Position numbers and translations under genes: made by a program
Origin: Isurus oxyrinchus
Lineage: Eukaryota
Length of the DNA stretch: 64,000 bases
Direction: 5' to 3'
NCBI GenBank assembly: GCA_026770705.1
Contig: JANJGN010000088.1
Coordinates: forward strand, 1,240,001 to 1,304,000
The notes under the pieces: model-generated
What the model was told of the DNA's origin: nothing
Databases searched by the model: none
What the model saw: only the letters and a program-made list of their open reading frames with translations
Shown: positions 1 to 11,820 of the stretch, piece by piece
How the letters are laid out: each line of letters begins with the position of its first letter
Position numbering within the stretch: position 1 is the stretch's first letter

Positions 1-964
1 TTGAAAGTCCCACATGTTTATCAACACATATTCTTTATCTTAGATGGCATCATAGTTTTTCAAAAGTAACTTCCTAAAGGTCTGATTCTCATTGGTCAGT
101 GTGTTTGTATCAGATCTCCTGGCCTGAATGGATGAAATCCATTTTTTTAAAAAAGTAAAGTAAAGCCTCTAAACCATGGGTATGCTGTGGCATTGAAAAT
201 CTACACATAAATTCTTAGATTCTTAAAGCTGCTAGAAATCTTGTGACATTTCTATTTATCTCTAAATAAAAGTAGAAGGGTCCATTCTGTTTGAGGTGGA
301 ATGGATTAATTCAGCATTCTGAAAGCTGAAGCTGCTGGTGGAAAGAGTTAACTCCCTGCTAGTCTGCAAGTGGGTGGGGCAAAGGCTGGTTTGTCTCAAA
401 CAACGGAAAACCCTGTTATATCTTTAGAGTATGTTCGACGTGATTTTTGGCCAGAAATCTCAACTCAAACCTTCTAACTTGAATTGTAATGTTTGAGTAT
501 ACTTTCCTTTCATGCAATTCATAATCTGAGGCTTTTAACTCAAAGCGCTGCACTCCACACACAAATGACAATTAAGGTAAGAAAACACACTAAAGCTCAC
601 ACTCAAATTCTGCATTGCGCGCAAACACACATATGTAGAAAGATATGTATACTTCCATTCTTATAACATTTGTCTTAGTAACTTAAAACGTTCATAGTCT
701 AAACGAAACGTCAAGTAGCACTGCGGCGTAAAGGGATCTTCTAGCCGTCCACCTACAGGGACTCTAAAAGAGTTACAGGGACAATTAAAACGATTGAAGC
801 TCACAACACCAACAACCCCTAGAGGTCTCTCTCTCTCTCTTTCTCTCTCACTCTCTTTCTCTCTCTTCTAAATTTTAGTCTGGCATGGCTGATGTTATGT
901 TTATAGTCCGACTACTATTATTGCTTTCTCACAAGGAGACAAGTTCCTCCATGTTCCAGGGTTC

Positions 965-2590
965 TCTCACTACACCGGACACTGGGAAATGGTCAATTCC
1001 GTTTTACTGCGCCAGTTTTCTCACTACACCAGACACTAGGAAATGGTCAATACTGTTTTACCGCGTCGGTTTTCCCACTGCACCGGACTTTAGGAAATGG
1101 TCAATACCATTATACCACACCGGTTTTCCCACTACACCAGATACTAGGAAATGGTCAACACTGTTGTACCGCACCGGTTTTCTCACGACACTGGACACTA
1201 GGAAATGTTCAACACCATTATACCGCACTGGTTTTGCCACTACCCCAGACACTAGGAAATGGTTAATACCGTTATACCACACCGGTTTTCCCACTACACC
1301 AGACACTAGGAAATGGTTAACACCGTTATACCGCACCAGGTTTCTCACGACACCAGACACTAGTAAATGGTCAATACTGTTTTACCGCACCAGTTTTCCC
1401 ACTACACCAGACACTAGGAAATGGTCAATACGGTTTTACCACACCGGTTTTCTCACTACACCGGACACTGGGAAATGGTCAATTCCGTTTTACCTCACCG
1501 GTTTTCTCACTACACCGGACACTAGGAAATGGTTAACACCGTTATACCGTACCAGGTTTCTCACGACACCGGACACTAGGAAATGGTCAATACTGTTTTA
1601 CCGCACCGGTTTTCCCACTACACCAGACACTAGGAAATGGTCAATACGGTTTTACCACACCAGTATTCTGACGACACTGGACACTAGGAAATGGTTAATA
1701 CTGTTTTACCACACCAGGTTTCTCACGACACTGGACACTAGGAAATGGTCAATACTGTTTTACCGCACCGGTTTTCCCACTACACCAGACACTAGGAAAT
1801 GGTTAACACCGTTATACCGTACCAGGTTTCTCACGACACCGGACACTAGGAAATGGTCAATACTGTTTTACCGCACCGGTTTTCCCACTACACCAGACAC
1901 TAGGAAATGGTCAATACGGTTTTACCACACCAGTATTCTGACGACACTGGACACTAGGAAATGGTTAATACTGTTTTACCGCACCAGGTTTCTCACGACA
2001 CCGGACACTAGGAAATGGTCAATTCCGTTTTACCTCACTGGTTTTCTCACTAAACCGGACACTGGGAAATGGTCAATTCCGTTTTACCGCACTGGTTTTC
2101 TCACTACACCAGACACTAGGAAATGGTTAATACTGTTATACCGCACCGGTTTTCCCACGACACCGGACACTAGGAAATGGTCAATACCATTTTACCGCAC
2201 TGGTTTTCTCACGACACCAGACACTAGGAAATGGTCAATACCATTTTATCGCACCGGTTTTCCCTCTACACCAGACACTAGGAAATGGTTAATACCGTTA
2301 TACCGCACTGGTTTTATCACTATACCAGACACTAGGAAGTGGTTAATACCATTATACCACACCGGTTTTCTCACGACACCAGACACTAGGAAATGGTTAA
2401 TACCGTTATTCTGCACCGGTTTTCCCTCTACACCAGACACTAGGAAATGGTTAATACCATTATACCACACCGGTTTTCCCACTACACCCGACCCTAGGAA
2501 ATGGTCAATGCCATTTTAACACACCAGTTTTCTCACTACACCAGACACTGGGAAATGGTCAATGCCGTTTTACTGCACCAGTTTTCTCAG
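965..2590. repeat. 54-bp minisatellite, ~30 copies
   Basis: Unit ~ACTACACCAGACACTAGGAAATGGTCAATACCGTTTTACCGCACCGGTTTTCTC; period 54 (1035 to 1089); produces the 18-aa periodic ORF 885..2519. Confidence 0.95.
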
Positions 2591-2829
2591 AACCCTCTCT
2601 AAGAAACGGTCTGTACTACCAATTTACCACAGGGCCATTGGTCAAGTTGAGCCACACTGTCCTTAGTTGCTCCAATCACAGACCCATACTCTGGTTCAGA
2701 TCCTCAAGTCGGCCCACTCGCTTCTGGTCTCGAACATAGCCACCCGATCTAATGAGTGGGAAATGAGCGTATTCACCCATCCTCTGCTGTTAACGTTCAA
2801 TTCAGTGCCCATGACCGATATTGCGAGGG

Positions 2830-2846
2830 TCCTGCCAACTACGCCA
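2830..2846 (-). promoter_or_regulatory. Primer-binding site complementary to the tRNA-Ser 3' end
   Basis: TGGCGTAGTTGGCAGGA versus TGGCGTAGTCGGCAGGA, the reverse complement of the vertebrate tRNA-Ser 3' end TCCTGCCGACTACGCCA; one mismatch; 2 nt from the CA end. Confidence 0.75.
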
Positions 2847-3124
2847 ATTGTTGTGGTAAAAAGATGAGACCACTCAAGTGTGTGAGTTTCCAGTAAGTAA
2901 AGGTTTTATTCAAGCATATGTTCGAAAGATCATCTTGGTTTCCCAAGGATCTCTCACAATGCAAAGTCTGTATCACAGTTTTATTGTGCTTGGTTCTCAA
3001 GTTGCAAAATACTGTGTGGTACAACCCACAATCACTCACCTATTAAGACCCACCCAGCACGACGTTCGCACAGAAGCACTATGTGCTCCCTCAGGGAGAT
3101 CGGCTGTTTTGTGACAAATATTCA

Positions 3125-3514
3125 AAATAGAAAAAAAAAAATCCTGAATTGTCCCCTCATGTGACACTGTCACATGCCCATAATCTTTACAAAAACTTTA
3201 ATAACATTTTGTAAAACCTACATGAAACCTCATCCCGCCCGTGGATGAGGCTTCATGCTTTTTCTAATTCCCGCCAAGGATCCTGGCCTGCCCGCCAACC
3301 TGAAGGTTGGACAGTCAGGTCCATTAATTAGCCAATCAGTCAATTGGCCATTGACAAGTCGGCGGGCATGCAGCTGATTTCGCTGTGCCCCCACCTACTG
3401 GAAAATTTAAACAGGGCGAGATCACATCGGGAGTTCCGCCTGATGTCACTGCGCCTCATTTTACGCGTCACCACCGGGCCCTGCCCTACGCTTGACGACA
3501 GGAAAATCCAGCCC
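3125..3514. mobile_element. MITE-like non-autonomous element (partial), same family as 12533-13180
   Basis: Shares the palindromic core ctcatcccgcccgtggatgag and flanks with ~12880-12902; ends in the TIR-like sequence gaaaatccagccc. Confidence 0.6.
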
Positions 3515-3532
3515 TTAGTTTATTTTAGCATT

Positions 3533-6500
3533 TTACACCCTGGACAATGCATCCGCGATCACCTTATCTTTACCGGCAATGTGAACAATCTTTACATTGA
3601 ATGGTTGAAACAATCGACTTCATCGAAACAGTCTCGCATTTCGAGTTTTAAACTTTTCAATGAACGCCAGCGGATTATAGTCATTGTAGATTAGCATTTC
3701 TCTGTTATCTTGTTGGACATAAACTTTGAAGAGACTACAACAATGCTAGTGTTTCTTTTTCTACCGTAGAGTACTACCTCTGATATTGACTAAGCTTCTT
3801 GGAAAAGTATCCCACCAGCTTCTCTGTCCCTTCAAATTCACTTTTACCTCCTAAGTAACTTATTGGATCTTTCTTTGGTCCTTCGTCTAAGTATGGGAAC
3901 ACAGTGCCTAACTGTCCCAGTATTGTATTGGCTAGTCAAATTGCAAGAGGTTCGCCTAGGGTGCTGTCTACTTCTCCTTCTACATTGCCCTTACTGTCTC
4001 TGTCATTCTCCAATACTCCAGCCACCTGGCATACTTGCTCTGTCTTATCATCTTCTCTGCGATGATATTGCTTCAACATGTTTATGTGACATAACCGTTC
4101 CTTCTTCCTATGCTCAGGAGTATCTATCAGAAAAGTCACTTCACTAACTCTCTGAGCCATCTTCTAGGGACCACTGAATTTTGCTTTCAGGGTTTCACCC
4201 TGCAAAGGTAATAATACCAATACTTCATCTACTGCTTGGAACGTTCTGGTTGTAGCATGTTTCATTTTGGCTTGGGAAATTTACATGCTCCTGTGAGTCT
4301 TTCTAGAAACATGGACACGTAATCCAACATGGAGGATTCACCTTTCTGATTTAGGAACTTTTCCTTAATCACTTTTAATAGATCTCTTATTTCATGACCA
4401 TAGAGCAATTCAATTGGATTAAATCCAGTAGATTCATTTGGAGAATCTCTGGTAACAAATAATAACAAATCTAATCCTTGTCCCAATCCTTTGGGTATTC
4501 ATGACAATAGGCCTTAATCATGGTTTTGATAGTGTGATGGTATGTCTCTAAAGCTCCCTGTGTCTGTAGGTGATAGGTAGTATACTTTAGATGTTTGACA
4601 TCCAAATTGCTGATTATGTCCTGGAAAATTTTAGACATGGAGTTAGAACCTTGGTCAGAATGTATTTCAATTGGTAGGCCATAATGTGTGAAAAACTGAG
4701 TTAACTTTCCCACTACCACCTTAGCTTTAATTATCCTTAAAGGAATAGCTTCTGGACATCAAGTTGTCACATCCATGATTGCAAGGGTGTATTGATGTTG
4801 TGCTTTCATTTCGGTTAAAGGTCCTGCGCAATCTACTAGAAGCCGACTGAATGGTTCTTCAAAAGCTGGTATAGATTTTAAAGGTGCTAGTTTGATTGCT
4901 TGTTGATGTTTACCTACTACCCAACATGTATGACACATCTTACAAAATTGCACCACGTCCTTATGAAGCCTTGGCCAGTTAAAATGCCGATTTATTGATG
5001 CTTGGGCTTTCCATATTCCTACATGTCCTGCAATCGGGATTTCAGGTGCTGCTCACAATATCTCCTTACAATATTTGGGTGGTACCACTATCTGATAAAT
5101 TACTGTCCAATCCTCATCCGCAGGTCTTTGAGGATGTCTCCCATTCCTGATCAGAACTCCGTTTTTAATGTAAAAGCACTCTGGAACTCCTTTAGCCTCA
5201 ACTTCAGTGTGAGCTGACTGTGCTAAGTTGTTTAACTCTGGATCTGCTTTCTTAGCATCAATTAATGAAGACATGCCAAACACTTCCATTGAATTATCCT
5301 CGTCCTTAAAGAAAGTTTCAGCTACTCTAACATCTGGTCGTGGTATTACTTTGACTTCTGGTGATGGGCTTTGTTTAGCTATTACCCTGGTCACTGCACA
5401 TGATGGGAAAATGCCAGGAACCTGTTCTTGTAACTGCTCTGTCTCTTTAGCTTCTCTCGGACTTTACGTAATTATGTGTGAAGCTATAACCTTCACTCCT
5501 GCCAAATCATTCCCCAGAATCAACTCCATCCATGGGTAATTTCTTACCCACTCCTACAACAACCAATCCAGACAACAAATCATTCCAGTTGTACTTTGTA
5601 GAATGGAACTGGGACATACTCTCCACTTATACCATTTAACAATACTTTAGCTTTCTTTGAACTCTCTGGAGGGAAAACTGGGCCCTTCTCCAGCAAAAGA
5701 GTTTGAGTAGCTCCTGTGTCCCTTAATTTAGTTATGGGTTTACACAGAATCACAGAATCACACAGTGCAGAAGAGGCCCTTTGGCCCATCGAGTCTGCAT
5801 TGACACGTGAGAAACACTTGCAACATTTAGCTGCAACATTTGATGAAAAAGGGGTTATCTTTCCTTTAGACAAAACCCCTTTATATCTCTCATCTGCGTT
5901 CACTTCACCTGCATTCAGAGCAGCGTTTACTTCCAGGCCCTTATTTGTAGTTAAAACTACAATTTGATCCCCGGCCTTTTCTCTTTCGTTCCCTTTCCGG
6001 ACTCACTCTTACAAACCCCACTAAGTCCCATGGGCTTCTCTCACAACTGCCAACATTCTGAACAAATATGTTCCACTTTATTACAATGGAAACACTTAGG
6101 CCTTTGAGTTTCACTTCCACCCTCAGTACCTTCCTTCCTGATCAGCGGAGGAGATCTCAAGTATTCCCAGCTATCTATTCTTTACCCTGGCTACTCGCCT
6201 TCCTTTCACTTGCCTACTTTCTAATCTCTTCACATTTTATGGGGTGATGGGAAAAAAGTTTTAGGAAAAGAGTTTTATGGATCAGCTCATAATGGTCAGC
6301 CATTACTGCTGACTGTCTAGCAGTTGCAACCCTTTGGTCTTCAACCTGGGTTCTTATTACACAAGGTAGGGAGTTCTTAAATTCTTGCAAGAAAATGTTC
6401 TGTCTGAGAACTCCATAGGTAGTTTCAACTCCTAAAACACGTATCCACCTTTCAAAACTACTTTGCTTCATCCTTTCAAATTCAATGTAAGGCTGCCCAG

Positions 6501-8083
6501 GCTGTTTCCTTAAATTTCAAAACTTTTGGCTGTATGCTTCAGGGACCTTCTCATCTGTACTCAAAGTGGCCTTTCTCACTGCATCATAATCCCTAGGAAC
6601 CTCCTCTGACAGTGAAGCATAAATTTCCTGTGCTCTACCTGTCAATTTGTTCTGTATGGGCAATGTCCAGTTTTCCTTTGGCCAGTTCATCTTTTTAGCC
6701 ATCTTCTCAAATGTATTGAAGAATGCTTCAAAATCCCTTCTCTCAAACTTCGGAAGAGCTTGCGCAAATTTAAAGATCTCCCCTCTGGATCCTGAACTGG
6801 ACATAAGTCGTGCCTCACCTGCTGGTGTTCCTTTGTTAACAGCCAGCATTCTAAGCTGGAATTGTCTGTCTCTCTCTCTTTCTCTTTCCTCCTTTTCTAA
6901 CCTCACCATTTCTAATCCCCTTTCTTGTTTTCTTTCTCTCTCCTGCCTTTCTGCCTGTTCCCTTTGAAATGCCCTTTCTTTTCTGCTACCTCTAATTCCA
7001 TTTTTTCCATTTGCAACTTGATTTGAGCCCATTCCAATGAACCACCCCTTGGAGAACCACCCCTAGTAGAAACCTGGTGTTTCCTTTTGGCTTTTATTAC
7101 TTCCTAAATCTACACCCAAATTGTCATTGACTTTTGTTCCAAATTATCCCTGGACCTGAGCCCCCTAACTTTGTCATGACTCACTGGGGACTGTGCTGTA
7201 ATATCCAGCCCCACTGTTCCCTGAGACGCGACAAATATGAAAAGTTTGACCAAACCACCAGGTTGCACCAATTCTACGTAACTGTTTAATTTAGGTTGAC
7301 AGAATACGAGCACCAGGTTTGTAAACTGAATAATTAAATCACTGTTTACAGAACAAATTGTCTTTAACTAGTGGCAAAAGGAAAAATGAACTGCTACATT
7401 CTAACACGCTAACTTAAACTCTAACTCCTTCTTAAATCCCTATACGCACATGCACACACACAAGACACATAAGATACATAAAATATGGATTTTTAGGGTG
7501 GGATAAAACAGTTTAATAGCACCAATCCAGAGTACAGGATTCAATGAGTTAATTTTGATCAATGTCTTCCAAATTCCTTTCAGTTCTTGTTGATGACACA
7601 AAGTGGTCTTCCATTAATTTCAGTATTTAGTTCACTGGTTGAGAACTTGTTTTTCAATGTGTCTAACAGTGACTTTCCCCTTTGCCTCTTGTCAGGGGTT
7701 TTCAGAGAGAGCAGGTTACATGGAGAAAAAAGGAGAAAAACCAGCTAGCTATTATTGTGGAATTACTGGAATCTTCCACACGCAGGAGAAAGAGGGTTTA
7801 GTTCTTGTTCTTTTCAAGCTAGGAGCTATTCAGCTACACTAACTTCACACATAACCTGGTGAGGAGCCAATTAAATTGCTGTTGCCAGGCAGCTCCCTTG
7901 GTCCAGGGCTCCTTTATGGCACCATCCTGTCTTTGATGGCACATTCTGTTCCAGAACTGCAATATTGTATATATCCCTCATCCTGTTCCAGTGGACATGC
8001 CCTGTAACTGCAGCCATTTTAATTTTAATTCACAGTCCATCAGAAATGATAAGATATAGTTGTTACACTATATTTCCCATAAT
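3533..8083 (-). mobile_element. Decayed Gypsy LTR retrotransposon, Gmr1-like order gag-PR-IN-(RT deleted)-RNaseH
   Basis: gag fragments 7032-6214; CCHC knuckle CFHCNKVEHICSEC (~6055-6095); protease LRDTGA (5580-5903); integrase motifs CKMCHTC, VDCAGP, SDQGSN, QGALE (4262-5394); RNaseH C-terminus IVHIAGKDKVIADALSRV* at ~3533-3690; degenerate tRNA-Pro PBS at ~7146-7166; probable LTR ~7172-8083 (boundary uncertain). Many stops and frameshifts. Confidence 0.85.
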
Positions 8084-8249
8084 GTCTAGAAAGAATTCTC
8101 AAGAAATACATTAGTCTACTTCAAAGCTTTAATGCAAGTTTTATTATCAATCTCAACCTTAAACTATTTCAATTGCCCCACTTCACAGCCATGTCTTGAT
8201 ATCACGTGCAGTTGAATTGAATTTGCTGAATATTGGTGTTTATGTTGCT

Positions 8250-10050
8250 GATGCTCTCAGACGCATGCCAAGGTGGGTCATCCACTTGGCACTTCTGGTG
8301 CTTCAGCCATTTCTTTTGCACTGATGTGCTGGTTTCCCTCATCATTTAGCATTGAGGAATTAGTGGAGCCCCCTCCTCCTGATAGATGTTTAATTGTCCA
8401 TCACTAATTACAACTGGATGTGGCAAGACTGCAGAGGCTTGATCTAATCTGTTGGTTGTCGGATCTCTTGGCTCTGTCTGTCACATGCTGCTTCCACTGT
8501 TTGACATGCAAGTAGTCCTGTGTTGCATCATCATCAGGTTAATACCTCATTTTATGCCTGCCGCTCCTGGCATGCTCTCCTGCGCTCTTCATTGAACCAG
8601 AGTGGATCGTTTGGTTTGACAGTATTGGTAGAGTGTTACATCTGTGCCATAAGGTTAAATAGAATTCTGCTGCTGTTGGCCCACAGCATCTCATATATGC
8701 CCAGGTTTTAGCTGCTAGATCTGTCCTGAATCTATCCTAATTAGCACGGTGGTAGATCCACACAACACAGTGCAGGATATCTTCAGCGTGAAGACAGGAC
8801 TTGGTCTTCACAAGGACTGTGTGGTTGTCACTCTTACCTATGCTGTCATGGGCAGGTGCATCTGTGACAGTAGTTTGGTTAGGACCTGATCGAGTCAACT
8901 TGACACAAGAACAGAAGAAGTAAGAGCAGGAGTAGGCAATATGACCGTTTGAGTCCGCTCTGTCATCCAACATGATCATGACTGATCTTGGGCTTCAACT
9001 CCATCATGCTGCCTGCTCTCCATATCCCTTAATTCTCTGGGAGATTAAAAATCTCTCTATCCCACCCTTAAATATAGTGAATGATGGAATATCTGCAAAC
9101 CTCTGAGGGAGCAAACTCCAAACATTCTCAAGCCTTTAAGTGAATTAATTTCCCCTCATCTCCCTCCGAAATGATGGGCCCCTTATCCTGAGACTGTGCC
9201 CCTGAGTTTTAGACTCTCCAACCACAGAAACAATCTCTCAGCATCTACTCTATCAAGTCCCTTCAGAATGTTGTAGTTTTCAATGAGGCTGGCTCTCATT
9301 CTTCTCAACTCCAGAGAATATAAGCCCATTTTACTCAACCTCTCATCATAGGTTAACCCCCTCATCTAATCAAATGAACCTTCACTGTATCGCCTCCAGT
9401 GCAAGTACATCCTTTCTTAAATGTGGAGACCAAAACTGCACAGAGTATTCCAGATGAAATCTGACCAAAACCCTGTACAATCGTAGCAAGACTTCTTTAT
9501 TTGTGCACTTCAATGTCCTCACCAACTACTGCAGACCCAATCCAGCAGAAATGTCCTTTAGGACTCGTCCAGCTTGATCAGTTCTGGTGCTACCATGCCA
9601 CTCTCGGTGAAGCCCCCAACCAGAGTACATTTTCTGCTCTTGCCTCAGTGTTTCTTCCAAGTCATGTTCAACATGGAGGAGCACTGATACATCAGCTGAG
9701 GTGGAAAGGTAGGTGACAGTCACTAGGAACTTTCCTTATCCATGTTTGACCTGATGCCATGGACTTTTGAGGGCTCCCAGGGCGACTCTCTCCTGACTGT
9801 GTACCACTGTGGTGCCATTTCTGCAGGCTCTGTCCTGCTGGTGGGACAGGACAAACCCAGGGATGAAGAAGGTGGTGTTTGGGACATTGGCTGTCAGGTA
9901 TGATTCAGTGAGTATGACTGTGTCAGGCGGCTGTGTGACTAATCTGTGGGAGAGCTCTCATTATTTTGGATGTTAGTAACAAGGACTTTGAAAAGTCAAC
10001 ATGGCTGGGTGTGCCGTGCCGAGCCATTTCTGTGCTGAAGTCAATGCCAG
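8250..10050 (-). mobile_element. LINE (family B, CR1/L2-superfamily) endonuclease-region fragments interrupted by a CR1 3' fragment (~8905-9500)
   Basis: Reverse-complement similarity to 13870-14850; nested CR1 tail ORF 9183..9365 (GLTYDERLSKMGLYSLE). Confidence 0.7.
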
Positions 10051-10099
10051 GTGCTTGTCTGGTTGTATTCCTTTTTGACTTTTCTGTGGAAGTTTGGTG

Positions 10100-10440
10100 C
10101 AACTGAGTGGCTTGCTAGGTCATTGCAGAGGGCAGTTAAGAGTCAACCACATTGCTGTGAATCTGGAGTCACATGTAGGCCAGATGGTAAGGGGCAGATT
10201 TCCTTCCCAAATGGCATTAATGAACCAGATGTGTTTTTATAACAATCGATGATAGTTTTAGTAATCACTTTTACAGAGATGAGCTTTCAATACCAGATTT
10301 TTAATTAATTTAGATGAACTTAATGATTTCGTTGACATTAATTTTTACCAGCTGTCATGGTGAGATTGGACATGCGCCCCCAGAACATCAGTCTGTGTCT
10401 TTGGATTATAAACTTGGTGATATTACCACAATGCCACTCA
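10100..10440 (-). mobile_element. Shark SINE-like repeat (also at ~20205-20520, ~29630-29900, and on the plus strand at 54090-54460)
   Basis: Recurrent motif cagagggcagttaagagtcaaccacattgctgtg...tttccttccc...gaaccagatgggttttt found in several places. Confidence 0.7.
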
Positions 10441-10479
10441 TATATTCACTCAGCAAGGGGCCTGAGAATTCCTGCAATA

Positions 10480-10880
10480 TCTGAGAAGATTGTGAGGAGA
10501 TTTGATGGAGGTATTCAAAATCATGAGGAGTCTGAACAGAGCAGATAGAGAGAAACTGTTCCTGTTGGTGGAGGGGTCAAGAACCAGAGGACATTATTTT
10601 AAGGTATTGACAAAAGAAGCAATGGCAAAATGATGGCAAACTTTTTAAAGCAGCGAGCGGTTAGGATCTAGAGTGCACTGCCTGAGAATGTGGTGGAGGC
10701 AGATTCAGTTGTGACTTTTCAAAGCAAATCAGATAATTATGTGAAGTGGGAAAACTTACATAGCTGTGGGCAAATGGCAGGGGAGTGACACTATGTGAAT
10801 TGCCCTTGCAGAGAGCCAGCATTGACACAGTTGGCCGAATGGACTCTTCTGTTCTGTCACCATTCTGTGATTTCATAAAT
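10480..10880 (+). mobile_element. CR1 LINE 3' fragment
   Basis: Typical CR1 ORF2 end and 3' UTR (gagagccagc...ggccgaatgg...ttctgt, terminal attct-type repeat). Confidence 0.75.
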
Positions 10881-11269
10881 AGGACTGGGAATCTGTTCCA
10901 GTATCTGGTTAACAGATTTATTCCTCAAATATCTCATCCTTGAGAATATTCCCCGATTGATACTACTTGGGGGATTCCCACATGCACTGGACTGGACTCA
11001 CCTCCAACAACCACAACCATCTCCAACTAATGGAGAGTCTTCCCCCTAATTCTTATTGATGTCAATTTTGCTTGGACTGCTTAATGCCACCTCAGTTAAA
11101 TGCTGCCTTGATGTAATATTTCTGCAATCTTAGATCCTTGGTGTATTCCCCCCAAGTTTGGATGGTGAGAATTTCCTCATACATGGGATGGGAAATTCCA
11201 CCACCGCACCCCCAATATCTATTCCTGAGGAGTATTTTCCACCTATTTGTCTTTGGAAGATTTTTTTCT

Positions 11270-11820
11270 TATTTATTCATTCACAGGATGTGGGCATCGC
11301 TGGCTAGGCCAGCATTTTATTGCCCATCCCTAAATTCCCCTTGAGAAGGTGGTGGTGAGCTTCCTTTTTGAACCGCTGCAGTTGATGTGGTTTAGGTTAC
11401 ACCCACAGTGCTGTTAGGAAGGGAGTTCCAGGATTTTAACCCAGCGACAGTACAGGAACGGTGATGTAGTTCCAAGTCAGGATGGGGTGCGGCTTGGAGG
11501 GGAACGTGCAGGTGATGGTGTGCCCATGCATCTGTGCCCTTGTCCTTCTAGGGAGTAGAGGTCATGGATTTGTCGAAGGAGCCAAGATGAATTGCAAGGT
11601 GCATCTTGTGCGTGGCACACTCTCCTGCCACTGTGTGTTCGTGGTGGAGACAATGAATGCGAAGATGGGGGATGGGATGCCAATGAAGCAGACTCCTTTG
11701 TGCTGCTTCTTGAGTGTTTTTGGAGCTGCACTTGTCCTGGCAAATGGAGAGTATTCAATCACATTCCTGCCTTGTGCCTTGTAGATGGTGGACAGGCTTT
11801 GGGGAGATAAGCTACTCACT
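11270..11820 (-). mobile_element. LINE family B 3' end
   Basis: Reverse complement of 60020-60570 and 50370-51225 (LSTIYKAQ.RxVxEY motif; gcatttattgcccatccctaa 3' end). Confidence 0.75.

Larger units (their letters stand above)
1..3115 (-). mobile_element. 5' part of an LTR retroelement/ERV: 3' half of the 5' LTR (~2849-3115), tRNA-Ser PBS, leader with tandem array; runs off the window start
   Basis: The minus strand has AATAAA (2905-2910), then ...ACCACAACA-AT-TGGCGTAGTTGGCAGGA: an LTR-type CA end followed by a PBS. No intact gag/pol was recognised inside the window. Confidence 0.6.

Noticed and set aside
885-2519. 544-aa ORF as a host protein-coding gene
   Set aside because: It consists almost entirely of a 54-bp VNTR inside an LTR element, with no recognisable domain; kept only as a low-probability finding.
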